From an uncultured Candidatus Saccharibacteria bacterium (GTDB lineage Bacteria > Patescibacteriota > Minisyncoccia > Phycocordibacterales > CSBR16-119): a stretch of 64,000 nt of DNA. The stretch covers positions 4,217 to 68,216 of the forward strand of contig CAZPVH010000002.1 in the NCBI GenBank assembly GCA_964589975.1. Reading direction: 5' to 3'. Under the pieces are notes generated by a model. It did no database searches, was not told the origin of the DNA, and saw only the letters and a list, made by a program, of their open reading frames with translations. The stretch's first letter is position 1. Each line of letters opens with the position of its first letter. Position numbers and translations under genes: made by a program. Positions 36,087 to 45,143 of this stretch are shown here, piece after piece.

Positions 36087-37280
36087 TTAAGTTAATTTAA
36101 TAATTTCTTTGATAATGGTGTTCATGGCAGATATGTCATCTATAGTGCCTTTCAAAACTGTCGCAATCATCCAGGCGCCAAAGATAATGAATGCACCTAT
36201 TATAACGTATAAGAAGTTCTTTTTCGCAACCTCAAGCTTGTCGGTATTTCCCCGAGCTTCGACAAAGAGGAATCCAGAGTATATGGCAAAGAGTATAAGA
36301 AACGGAAGCGCGATTTTCACCATAACCTTAAAAAGCTTCTGAAGGAATGCAACTATATCAATATCGCCGTTCTCACCTAGAGGATTTTGTAAGCTAGAGG
36401 TGAAACTCAAATTCGAGTTATAGTCCCCGCCCGAAGCAAAGAAATCTATACACGGCTGAGTATCGGCAAAAGCCTCCTCATAACAATCTTGCGCTGGATT
36501 GAAATCGTCCGGCGGATTATCGTTTCCACCCTGACCGCCCGGGAAATTTATAGGCTGATTGGTCAAAAATACCTGATCTGTGTTGTCAGAGTTTACAATG
36601 GTAAACGTATATTGTTGTCCTGGAACAATTCCGGAACTTGAAAGCCCGCCGAATGTATGCGAGAAAACTCCGGATCCATTCGTCGACACGTCAGCTGCTG
36701 CAAGCTCTTCACCATCCAGACTATTTATAGTAATGAGTGCGTATCCGTTGTTTAAGGTTAGATCGCCAGAAATTACCAAAAGGGCATTTCCAGATTGAAA
36801 CTGATACTCTGCGGTATTGCCCTCTCCATTATTCCCCCCTTGGCCATTCGACAGATACCAAGATAGTCCGCTACAAATTTGATAATCGCTGTTATTAGGG
36901 TTATTCGGATTGTAAAGATTCATGCCCCCTTGGCTAGCCAAATATGTATTATTAACTAAACAGTATTGAAAGGCGTAACCAGTCGGGTCATCGGGAAGCA
37001 TCATCGTTGTATTTATATAGCCACCGTTAACATTGATCGGCAAATTGTTCACCTGGGCGATCGGAGGATCCATGTCATCTGGATCAGCGAACCCGAGTAG
37101 CGTGTACCCACTAAAGCTATTTATCTCCACCGGCTGCAACTGCACGGTTACAATAAAATCCCCGGTCATCGGAGTAACGTTGATTAGGCCCATGAGCAAA
37201 TCCGCAGCAAATACCGAGCGGGGCACAAGCACCAATATGACTGTGAAAAAAAGTATTGTTTTAAAAATTATTTTTTTCAT
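36087..37280 (-). CDS. secreted protein with an N/G/Q-rich ectodomain fused to the C-terminal pilin-like module, paralog 3
   Basis: Start at MKKIIFKT, giving 398 aa. A signal peptide is followed by a ~300-aa Asn/Gly/Thr-rich domain. The C-terminus IALPFLILFAIYSGFLFVEARGNTDKLEVAKKNFLYVIIGAFIIFGAWMIATVL matches the module of the small paralogs. Confidence 0.45.
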   Translation of the reverse strand: MKKIIFKTILFFTVILVLVPRSVFAADLLMGLINVTPMTGDFIVTVQLQPVEINSFSGYTLLGFADPDDMDPPIAQVNNLPINVNGGYINTTMMLPDDPTGYAFQYCLVNNTYLASQGGMNLYNPNNPNNSDYQICSGLSWYLSNGQGGNNGEGNTAEYQFQSGNALLVISGDLTLNNGYALITINSLDGEELAAADVSTNGSGVFSHTFGGLSSSGIVPGQQYTFTIVNSDNTDQVFLTNQPINFPGGQGGNDNPPDDFNPAQDCYEEAFADTQPCIDFFASGGDYNSNLSFTSSLQNPLGENGDIDIVAFLQKLFKVMVKIALPFLILFAIYSGFLFVEARGNTDKLEVAKKNFLYVIIGAFIIFGAWMIATVLKGTIDDISAMNTIIKEIIKLT

Positions 37281-37281
37281 A

Positions 37282-38196
37282 TTAAATACTGAGCAATGCA
37301 TCCTGAATAGCGCCGGCTACAAGCCAAGCGGCCAATAAAACCATTCCTCCGATAATCGCATAAGTAAATGCTTCTTTCGCCTTCTCGAGCTGACCATCAG
37401 AACCGCGCGCGGTGACAAAGAGAAAACCGGAGTAAACGATAGCCATGGCGATAAGCGGAATGCCGATGGTTAGAATAAAGTCTACGACCTTTTGGAAAAA
37501 TTCCGGAATAGTGTCTATCGTTCCGGCGATCGGATTCGGAAGATTAAGGTCTATGACCGATGGACCATCAACTTGATCGACAATCTGCGGCGGCTCATTT
37601 TCAAAAGTATTACCTACGGTGTTGCCTGGTGCATATACGTCAAGCCCGTTAGTCCCGCCCATATCGTTTCCTAGGGGTATTATGTCTATGAATTCCCAAT
37701 CTGACGGTGCGCCAATAGGCGTGTCATAGGCCACAGAAGTATCAGAGAGATGCAGGTCTGTGTCGTCTTCATTCTCAACTTGCAAGAAGTATTCGCAATC
37801 TGTTCCAGGTACATCTTCACAATTCTCATTACCCGCCCTCATAACAATTGTAAAAGCGCCAGCGCCATCAGTTTCTAGACCACCAATTATAATGAGTTCG
37901 TCATTAAGAGCGTCAATATTAGTCGAGCCAGCCAGAGTGAGGTCCATCTCGACAAGACTGAATTCTAGCCCTATTCCAGAACAATCGGATGTTTGTACGT
38001 CTATATATACAATAGGTCGATCGCTCTCCTGATAAAAGTTCTCAGCGCCCATGCCTCCCTCCTTGTAAGTGCGGAAACCGACGTTGTTGACCGCGCAGGT
38101 CTGCTGCGCCTGGGCGGGCGTCGCCAGAAAATACGCTCCCATGAGGATGGCTGGAAAAATCAGAACCGCGAGATATGATAAAATATTTTTTTTCAT
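37282..38196 (-). CDS. secreted protein with an acidic ectodomain fused to the C-terminal pilin-like module, paralog 2
   Basis: Start at MKKNILSY, giving 305 aa. The C-terminus reads IGIPLIAMAIVYSGFLFVTARGSDGQLEKAKEAFTYAIIGGMVLLAAWLVAGAI. Confidence 0.45.
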   Translation of the reverse strand: MKKNILSYLAVLIFPAILMGAYFLATPAQAQQTCAVNNVGFRTYKEGGMGAENFYQESDRPIVYIDVQTSDCSGIGLEFSLVEMDLTLAGSTNIDALNDELIIIGGLETDGAGAFTIVMRAGNENCEDVPGTDCEYFLQVENEDDTDLHLSDTSVAYDTPIGAPSDWEFIDIIPLGNDMGGTNGLDVYAPGNTVGNTFENEPPQIVDQVDGPSVIDLNLPNPIAGTIDTIPEFFQKVVDFILTIGIPLIAMAIVYSGFLFVTARGSDGQLEKAKEAFTYAIIGGMVLLAAWLVAGAIQDALLSI

Positions 38197-38213
38197 TGTT
38201 TCTACTTTAAATA

Positions 38214-39713
38214 TTACTGCGGCGGCTCGGTGCCAAGGATTCCCCAAAGAGGTCCTTCCGGCGTATAGCCAAAGACGACTAGCACAAGCTTAATTATAAC
38301 CCATGCGAGCAGCGCGACGATGAGACCGATGATAACTTTGCCGATCATTTCTTTGGCCTTGTCTCGAGCGCCGGAAGATCCGCCGGAAGTTAGGAGAAGT
38401 ATTCCGGCCCAAGCGATCACTATGGCCACGAACGGAAAAGCGATGAAGACTATAAGGAAGTTTACAACGCGGTTCACCGTCTCAAGGAACGCGTCAAAGT
38501 CGCAATCGTAATTAGCAGGATCTTCACCGCAAGCAACCAAGCCGTTGTATTCCGGACCTTGCGTTTGAGTATTCCCTCCGCCGCCTCCACCTCCCTGGCT
38601 TGGGGCCGGCATAGTGAATGTATGCGGCGGCGTCAGATCTACTCCGGTAGACTGATTAACTATGGTGTAAGTATACTGCTGCCCGGCCACAAGTCCGGCG
38701 TTAGTCAGGCCGAAAAACAGATGCTCAAAGTAACCGTTTGCTATTTGAGACTGCGGCCCAGTAACTGTCTCTGCAGCCATCATTTCCGTACCGCTCATAT
38801 CTTTTATGATAATTTCGATTGGCAGGTTCGTTATAACGTACCCATTTTGTGTCTCCAAATGTCCCGAAATCAACACACTATTCTCCTGAGGAAAGCTATG
38901 AGTTACGTCGTTTCCTCCTAGCAGGTCCGTCGGAGCAAAACCATAAGTAAACAAGTTTGTACAACCATCGGAAATGTTAGACGATGCGCATTCAAAAATA
39001 GTGAAGTAATAGTCAGTATTCGGCGTCAGGTTCGGGATAGTCGCATTGAAGTTGTAATTCGGACCATTGGCAGACTGGATTGGTAAATAGCCGACCACAT
39101 TGCTATAACTCGCTTGGCCAGCAATTCCGTATCCGTATTCAATTTGAAAATATTTTGTTACGTTAGTTGGAGCAATTGGAATCAAATGGGCTCCACTGAA
39201 AGAAATACTATTATCACTCGAAATGATAGTACCCCAGTTCACTCCGTTAATATATTCCGGGTTGGCATACGTTGTCATGATGTCCCCCTGACCCTCTACT
39301 TGAATGCAAGGAATTTGATACTGGAACCCAACACCGCTCTGACCTTGCGAAATATAGGTTATCCCAGCCTCTGGTGGAGTTTGGTAGAGCCGAAATTCAT
39401 AAGTCTGGCCGCAAGAGAGTCCCGAGATTGGAGCTTGAAAGTTTCCATTTGATTGAATACTTAAGTTTGGATGCTGTGTCTGAGCAGGCTGACCGGCGAT
39501 ATTTGTCTTGAAATAAGCCTGAGCGTTCTGAGGCTGCTGCCCGGGAAGCGGTGTAACTGTGCCCGACACGGTTACCTGGGTAAGAGAGTTTTCAACCACA
39601 TTCGTCAGTGTATATGGAGATGACAGAACAAAAGCTTCGGCTGCATTAGCGCCCACAAAGAGCGCAAATACTACTACAAAGATTGAAAATAATTTTTTAA
39701 ATGATTTCATCAT
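38214..39713 (-). CDS. secreted protein with a large T/Q/N/G-rich ectodomain fused to the C-terminal pilin-like module, paralog 1
   Basis: 499 aa. A signal peptide is followed by a ~400-aa beta-rich ectodomain, a GGGGGGGN linker, and then FLIVFIAFPFVAIVIAWAGILLLTSGGSSGARDKAKEMIGKVIIGLIVALLAWVIIKLV. Confidence 0.45.
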   Translation of the reverse strand: MMKSFKKLFSIFVVVFALFVGANAAEAFVLSSPYTLTNVVENSLTQVTVSGTVTPLPGQQPQNAQAYFKTNIAGQPAQTQHPNLSIQSNGNFQAPISGLSCGQTYEFRLYQTPPEAGITYISQGQSGVGFQYQIPCIQVEGQGDIMTTYANPEYINGVNWGTIISSDNSISFSGAHLIPIAPTNVTKYFQIEYGYGIAGQASYSNVVGYLPIQSANGPNYNFNATIPNLTPNTDYYFTIFECASSNISDGCTNLFTYGFAPTDLLGGNDVTHSFPQENSVLISGHLETQNGYVITNLPIEIIIKDMSGTEMMAAETVTGPQSQIANGYFEHLFFGLTNAGLVAGQQYTYTIVNQSTGVDLTPPHTFTMPAPSQGGGGGGGNTQTQGPEYNGLVACGEDPANYDCDFDAFLETVNRVVNFLIVFIAFPFVAIVIAWAGILLLTSGGSSGARDKAKEMIGKVIIGLIVALLAWVIIKLVLVVFGYTPEGPLWGILGTEPPQ

Positions 39714-41017
39714 TTTTGGAGCAAGAGCTTAAGTTCGGTGCTGGCACTCATAATAGCGTCCTCGGTAGAAGAAAGCCCAGACAAAACATCTTCGAACATC
39801 TGAGAAAATATTTCTGTGGTTTTCTTGTCATCTGGATCTACCCAAGAGCGCGAGCTCAATGCAGCTGCGTAGTAAATCTTTCCGTATTTATTCTGGTTTG
39901 GCGCGGATATTAGATCGCGACGGACCGGAGCAAAGCCTGACGCACCAGCAATTCCAGCAGCCGCTGGACCATTGGCCAGACTGGAGGCAATAGCAAGCGC
40001 CATTTGCGCTTTTGGCGAATTCGACGGGATGGAGAGGGCGTAAACATCCGCGTAAGTGATGACTGTCGGAAGCTCTTTGACCTGCGGCAACTGATGGATG
40101 TCGAAATTAAGATTCGGATTACGCAAGCGAATATTTTCAAACTCGCTAGTAAGGCCAAAATAGATCGCCAGGTCCCCAGAAATAAACTCTTTATCGGAAC
40201 TTTCCATAGACTTGTTCCAGCTATAAACGGATTTCGTTGGGTCGGAGAATTCACCGTAAAAATCCATCGACTGAATCGCCGGCTTTGAAGAAACCGCTGA
40301 CGAAGCGCCAAGGACCGGAGCAAATTTGCCATTTGCCGGATTTCTAGCCACTATTGGATTATCAAGCTGAAGCATAAGAGCAACGAAAATTTCCTTGGCA
40401 TTCTTCACATTCTCAAACTCACCGAGCGCGACACCGGCCTTATCAATCTTCAGAGCCTCGTTAATACTCGTAAGTTTCGGCACATATTCAAACAAGTCGC
40501 TCCAGTACGTCGGGGGTTCGGTGTAGCCTTTTGACTCCAAGATATCCTGGTTGTAATACATAATGAGCGGATCGACGAATATCGGGAAACCCAGGAAGCC
40601 TTGGCCTTTTTTGAAAATTTCCGCAGCTCGGACGAATGAATCGTCATAAGTCCTTTCTGGAAAATATGTAAAAGGAATGTTTATGAGCTTGTCTTCGTAT
40701 TTAAATATTAAATCCTGAGACATAAGGAATGCGTCCGGAAGCCCGCCGAAAGCAAAAGCATTCAATATATCTTCTTCGTACGTTCTGGGATCCTTGGCCA
40801 CATATTTTACCTGCATGCCCGAGCCTTGGGTCGAGAGCGCGATAGCCGGAGCGAGCTTTTTTGAAGGTAGAGTACCCCAAATAGTCAGCGTTGGCGCGGC
40901 CGCGACTTCTTCGGCGCTTTTATTTCCCCCAAGCTTGATCGCGCCGGAAAAAATTAGGACACCAAGAAATACAAAAAAACCAAAAAAGATAAGGATGCCG
41001 ATTTGGAAGCCTTTCAT
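39710..41017 (-). CDS. extracellular solute-binding protein (ABC-transporter SBP family 1-like), first gene of the pilin-like operon
   Basis: ~435 aa with an N-terminal signal anchor and a bilobed SBP-like length and composition. No permease or ATPase is adjacent. Its stop overlaps the start of the next gene (ATGA). Start chosen at MKGFQ, downstream of the leader helix. Confidence 0.5.
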   Translation of the reverse strand: MKGFQIGILIFFGFFVFLGVLIFSGAIKLGGNKSAEEVAAAPTLTIWGTLPSKKLAPAIALSTQGSGMQVKYVAKDPRTYEEDILNAFAFGGLPDAFLMSQDLIFKYEDKLINIPFTYFPERTYDDSFVRAAEIFKKGQGFLGFPIFVDPLIMYYNQDILESKGYTEPPTYWSDLFEYVPKLTSINEALKIDKAGVALGEFENVKNAKEIFVALMLQLDNPIVARNPANGKFAPVLGASSAVSSKPAIQSMDFYGEFSDPTKSVYSWNKSMESSDKEFISGDLAIYFGLTSEFENIRLRNPNLNFDIHQLPQVKELPTVITYADVYALSIPSNSPKAQMALAIASSLANGPAAAGIAGASGFAPVRRDLISAPNQNKYGKIYYAAALSSRSWVDPDDKKTTEIFSQMFEDVLSGLSSTEDAIMSASTELKLLLQK

Positions 41018-41150
41018 CCTGTTAGAAGCAGGTCGCGGTCGCAAAACCACAACATGCTTTATTATTTTTTATAAAAAAACCTTCCTTGATCATTATCATA
41101 GAAATTACAAACCCGTGACCGTGGCTTCTAACGGGATTCATACCACCAAT
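41018..41150 (-). promoter_or_regulatory. conserved leader RNA element (copy 1), with a long-range helix that sequesters the start-codon region
   Basis: mRNA sense reads AUGAAUCCCGUUAGAAGCCACGGUCACG...(~85 nt)...GCGACCGCGACCUGCUUCUAACAGGAUGAAAGG. The paralogous copy upstream of proS shows compensatory changes. Confidence 0.55.
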
Positions 41151-41193
41151 TGTAGAACAAATATGGTGTTTTGGCTAAAAAATATGTGAATTG

Positions 41194-41727
41194 CTACGAA
41201 GCTTTACGTTCAAAAACCATGGCATAGTGGTGCTCGCCGGCTGGCAGAGACTTTTTGTATTCAAAAGGACCTGTCTCAAATATCCTGCGCGCAGTTTCTT
41301 CATCCACGACAGCCTCAGGCTGAGGGCCAATACCACCAAACGATTCATACCAGTCTATTAGCAGAACTCTCCCTCCGATCTTCGTAATCCGAGCACACTC
41401 ATGTACAAGACCCGCCTTTGAATCTATCTGAAAAAGTACGTTAGAAATAACTACAGTGTCGACAAAGTTTTGTCGAAGCTTCGTTCCTCCAATTATTTCA
41501 ATATCGCCCCAGATTATTTCTATATTTTTGATTCCCTTTTGCGCGGCGTCCTTAGCCAAGCGTTCCAAAAGGTTTTTTTGAATATCAATCGCAAAGACCT
41601 TGCCTGTCTCGCCGACTTTTTCTGACAACGCAAAAGCCGTGTGACCATAACCGACGCCAAGGTCAGCGACAACGGTGCCTTCTTGGATGCCAAATTGATT
41701 CAATATCTCACGAGGGTCGTTTAACAT
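41194..41727 (-). CDS. class I SAM-dependent methyltransferase
   Basis: 177 aa with a VADLGVGYGHTAFALSE (motif I, G-x-G-x-G-like) Rossmann-fold pattern. Confidence 0.65.
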   Translation of the reverse strand: MLNDPREILNQFGIQEGTVVADLGVGYGHTAFALSEKVGETGKVFAIDIQKNLLERLAKDAAQKGIKNIEIIWGDIEIIGGTKLRQNFVDTVVISNVLFQIDSKAGLVHECARITKIGGRVLLIDWYESFGGIGPQPEAVVDEETARRIFETGPFEYKKSLPAGEHHYAMVFERKAS

Positions 41728-41793
41728 GTATATATTGTATCAGCTTTTAATCCAGTAGTATGTGAATTAGGCCTATTTTAAAGGGTTTTTAGC

Positions 41794-41822
41794 TTGACAA
41801 AATATATGTATTATGCTACTAT
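41794..41822 (+). promoter_or_regulatory. sigma70-type promoter TTGACA-N17-TACTAT
   Basis: Read from the sequence, 25 nt upstream of the 41847 ORF. Confidence 0.5.
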
Positions 41823-41846
41823 ATAACGAAAGAAAACTTCACTGAC

Positions 41847-42041
41847 ATGTCCAACACCGTTGCTTACTTGCTCGTCATTCTCATATGCTTGATGGCCGCC
41901 CCTGTCTTTGATGCGAACAATGCACCCCACTTCGGAACTGTGTTGAAAGGAACGGCTTTTTTCTTCGGAGTACTCGCAGTAATGGAAGACAATAAGTACC
42001 GCATGGAGAAACTGAAGAAAGATCTCCAGAACAAGGCTTAG
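41847..42041 (+). CDS. small membrane protein, hypothetical
   Basis: 64 aa with one TM helix, a good promoter upstream and a terminator downstream. Confidence 0.4.
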   Translation: MSNTVAYLLVILICLMAAPVFDANNAPHFGTVLKGTAFFFGVLAVMEDNKYRMEKLKKDLQNKA

Positions 42042-42078
42042 CCCTCACGACCCATCGGAAGACCCATTCCGGTGGGTC
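42040..42078. terminator. bidirectional rho-independent terminator
   Basis: GAAGACCCAT-TCCGG-TGGGTCTTTTC between the convergent 41847 gene and uvrA. Confidence 0.65.
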
Positions 42079-42085
42079 TTTTCGT

Positions 42086-44758
42086 TTATTGAGAATTTTT
42101 CTGCGCCTTACGAGTCTTAGCTAAAACTTTTTTGAGATATTTTCCGGTATGAGACTTTTCATTATTCGCCACTTCTTCTGGCGTACCTTTTGCCACGAGC
42201 TTACCGCCGTTTTCCCCACCTTCGGGACCGAGGTCAATGATGTAATCTGCGACTTTGATCAGGTCGAGGTTGTGTTCGATGATGATTACCGAATTTCCGC
42301 GCACAACGAGCTTTTGGAGGACTTCAATGAGCTTCGCCACATCGTCGTAGTGAAGTCCAACAGTCGGCTCGTCGAGAAGGTAAATTGTCCGCTCTGTCAT
42401 AGGCCTATAGAGCTCTGATGAAATTTTCACACGTTGCGCTTCCCCGCCGGAAAGAGTTGTCGCTGGTTGTCCGATCTCGATATAACCGAGTCCGACGTCG
42501 TCGAGAGTCTTCAATCTGTCGTAAATAGATGGGATATCTTCGAAGAACGCGAGTCCGTCTTCGACAGTCATTTTCAAAACTTCGTAAATATTTTTCCCTT
42601 TATATTTTACTTTTAGAGTTTCTTTGTCGAAACGCTTACCGTCACAAATGTCGCATTTTACATAAACGGTCGGGAGGAAGTGCATCTCGACAGAAATTAG
42701 TCCTCTTCCTTCACAGGCTTCACAACGACCGCCTTTGACGTTAAAAGAAAATCGGTTTGCTTTCCAGCCTCGGAGCCGCGCTTCTTCACTTTCGGCGAAC
42801 ATGTCGCGGATTGGTCCCCACGCACCAGTGTAAGTTGCAACGTTAGAACGAGGCGTTCTACCAATTGGTGACTGATCAATAAGAACTGAGCGCGAAACAT
42901 ACTCGGCGCCAGTAAATGACGCGCAGTTATAAGTCTTGGCGCTACGGTATTTTCTATCGAATTTTGCTTTGAGATTCTGATCGAGAATCTCATACATAAA
43001 AGAAGATTTTCCAGAACCAGATACACCAGTAATCACGGTCATACGTCCAAGTGGTACGTCGACGTTCAGATTATCAATATTGAAAACTTTTCCACCCACG
43101 ACTTTGAGCCAGCCTTTATCAGCCTCACGCCTTTTCTCTGGAAGAGCAATAAATTCCTCATCACGTAGATACGCGAGAGTTCTTGATTTACTTTTATTGG
43201 TCTTCGCCGTGAGCAAATCCTCTAGGTAATCTGCAACAATTATTTCTCCACCATGCACGCCGGCCTTGGGTCCAATGTCGACAATATAGTCTGATGCGTA
43301 GATGGTATCTTCGTCATGCTCGACGACAATTATGGTATTTCCTAGATCGCGAAGTTCTTCGAGCGTTTTGATGAGCCTGTCATTGTCACGCTGGTGAAGT
43401 CCGATGGTTGGTTCATCTAGGACATATAGCGCTCCTACTAGGCGTGAGCCAAGCTGGCTGGCAAGACGAATACGCTGCGACTCTCCTCCAGAGAGCGTAT
43501 TCGCACGGCGTTCAAGCGACAGGTAATCGAGTCCGACGTTTAGCATGAACTGAAGACGGTCTTCGATTTCTTTCAGAATCGCGCTCGCGATTTCCCGCTC
43601 TTTGGCTGTGAGGGGAACAGTCGTGATGAACTGGAAGGCGTCGCGGATTGTCATGCTGGTGAAAGTAACAATATTGACCCCCTTCTGCTTCCCACCCAAG
43701 AAAACATTCAGGGCTTCTTCACGTAGTCGCGCGCCATGACAAGTCTCACATGGATCTGTACCGAAAACGTGCTTCGTGCCAAGCCCATTACAAGAAGGAC
43801 ACGCACCATATGGAGAGTTGAATGAGAAAAGCCTTGGCTCGATTTCCGGAAAGACATATCCATCTTCGGGACAAACGAGTTTCGCCGAAAGCAGCGTGTC
43901 TTCGACAGTAGTCTTCGCTTTCTCAGCTTTAACCACATCCGGCTCGCCGATCACGATTCTGACAAATCCTTCTGATTCTTCGATGGCCCGCTCAATGGCT
44001 TCCCCGAGACGCATCTCAAAATCTTCCGGCTTGTCTTTGAATTCATGCACGGCAAAAGAGTCGACGAGAAGGTCAATTTCATGCTTTTTGTTTTTTGAAA
44101 GCTCGATAGATTCTCGCAGACTCTTCATTACGCCATCAATTCTGATTTTCAAATATCCTTTACCAAGAAGGTCATATAGGTACTGATAGTATTCGCCCTT
44201 TCTTCCACGCACAACTGGCGAGAAAATATGAATCATCGTGTCGTTCCATTCGACGCCAACGAGTTTTTTTGTATTACCTTTCTTGGCAAGATCGCGAATT
44301 TTATTTTTTACAACCTCGCTGATTTCTTGATTTGAAAGTTTCTTGATTTCGTTTCCAGAAATTGGACTATATGGACGCCCAACTCGTGCGTAGAGAACGC
44401 GGAGGTAATCATAAATTTCTGTAATGGTCGCGACAGTAGAGCGCGGATTGTTCGAGCGAGATTTCTGGTCGATAGAAATTGCCGGCGAAAGTCCCGTGAT
44501 CTCATCGACATCAGGCTTCGGCATTTGGGCGAGGAATTGGCGAGCGTATGAAGACAGTGACTCGACATACCTGCGCTGTCCTTCGGCGAAGATGGTGTCG
44601 AATGCAAGTGATGATTTTCCTGAACCAGAAAGACCAGTGAAAACCACCATCTTGTTTCGAGGCATGGAGACAGTCACATTTTTCAGGTTATGTGTGCGTG
44701 CTCCTTTGACTGTTATTTCGCCGTAATCCGGCTTGTTGCCTGGTTTTTTAGTAGACAT
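42086..44758 (-). CDS. uvrA: excinuclease ABC subunit A
   Basis: 890 aa with two ABC ATPase modules ([19 protein letters not shown]), Zn-finger Cys clusters and LSGGE signature motifs. Confidence 0.95.
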   Translation of the reverse strand: MSTKKPGNKPDYGEITVKGARTHNLKNVTVSMPRNKMVVFTGLSGSGKSSLAFDTIFAEGQRRYVESLSSYARQFLAQMPKPDVDEITGLSPAISIDQKSRSNNPRSTVATITEIYDYLRVLYARVGRPYSPISGNEIKKLSNQEISEVVKNKIRDLAKKGNTKKLVGVEWNDTMIHIFSPVVRGRKGEYYQYLYDLLGKGYLKIRIDGVMKSLRESIELSKNKKHEIDLLVDSFAVHEFKDKPEDFEMRLGEAIERAIEESEGFVRIVIGEPDVVKAEKAKTTVEDTLLSAKLVCPEDGYVFPEIEPRLFSFNSPYGACPSCNGLGTKHVFGTDPCETCHGARLREEALNVFLGGKQKGVNIVTFTSMTIRDAFQFITTVPLTAKEREIASAILKEIEDRLQFMLNVGLDYLSLERRANTLSGGESQRIRLASQLGSRLVGALYVLDEPTIGLHQRDNDRLIKTLEELRDLGNTIIVVEHDEDTIYASDYIVDIGPKAGVHGGEIIVADYLEDLLTAKTNKSKSRTLAYLRDEEFIALPEKRREADKGWLKVVGGKVFNIDNLNVDVPLGRMTVITGVSGSGKSSFMYEILDQNLKAKFDRKYRSAKTYNCASFTGAEYVSRSVLIDQSPIGRTPRSNVATYTGAWGPIRDMFAESEEARLRGWKANRFSFNVKGGRCEACEGRGLISVEMHFLPTVYVKCDICDGKRFDKETLKVKYKGKNIYEVLKMTVEDGLAFFEDIPSIYDRLKTLDDVGLGYIEIGQPATTLSGGEAQRVKISSELYRPMTERTIYLLDEPTVGLHYDDVAKLIEVLQKLVVRGNSVIIIEHNLDLIKVADYIIDLGPEGGENGGKLVAKGTPEEVANNEKSHTGKYLKKVLAKTRKAQKNSQ

Positions 44759-44864
44759 AAGTGTCGCCCCAAATCCCCCTCAATTATTTGTAGGGGGTAT
44801 GTATAGACAATATAGCATAAAGCAGCTAAGAAAAGCGAAAGCCCCGCAATTGCAGGGCTTTTAC

Positions 44865-45104
44865 TTAACCAAGAGTTGTTACTTTACTTCTACGAATGGC
44901 GTCAGCCAATTCCTGTCTTCTATCAGAAAGCTCATTGATCAAACGAACGGCATCAGCGATCGCCGCCGAAATCCCGGTCTCGGTAGGCATTTTCTGGTCT
45001 CGTATCATGACTGCCTTCAGGGAAAGCAGCACTTCCTTTTCAGTCCTCTGGACTGGAACAAGGGCAATCAAGCCCCGAAACATTTCTTCAATGTATTCCA
45101 TCAC
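44865..45104 (-). CDS. small hypothetical protein between uvrB and uvrA
   Basis: 79-aa ORF on the same strand as the flanking genes, 40 nt after the uvrB stop. Helical composition. Weak support. Confidence 0.3.
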   Translation of the reverse strand: MMEYIEEMFRGLIALVPVQRTEKEVLLSLKAVMIRDQKMPTETGISAAIADAVRLINELSDRRQELADAIRRSKVTTLG

Positions 45105-45143
45105 GGGGGTTTTCAGTATTTATACTTGTATTGGATCAACGAG

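Noticed and set aside
41018-41150. T-box riboswitch assignment for the shared proS/operon leader
   Set aside because: It contains ACCGCGG, but the T-box 14-mer AGGGUGGNACCGCG, a Stem I specifier loop and terminator/antiterminator alternation were not found. The element is also only ~120 nt. Reported as an unclassified leader element.
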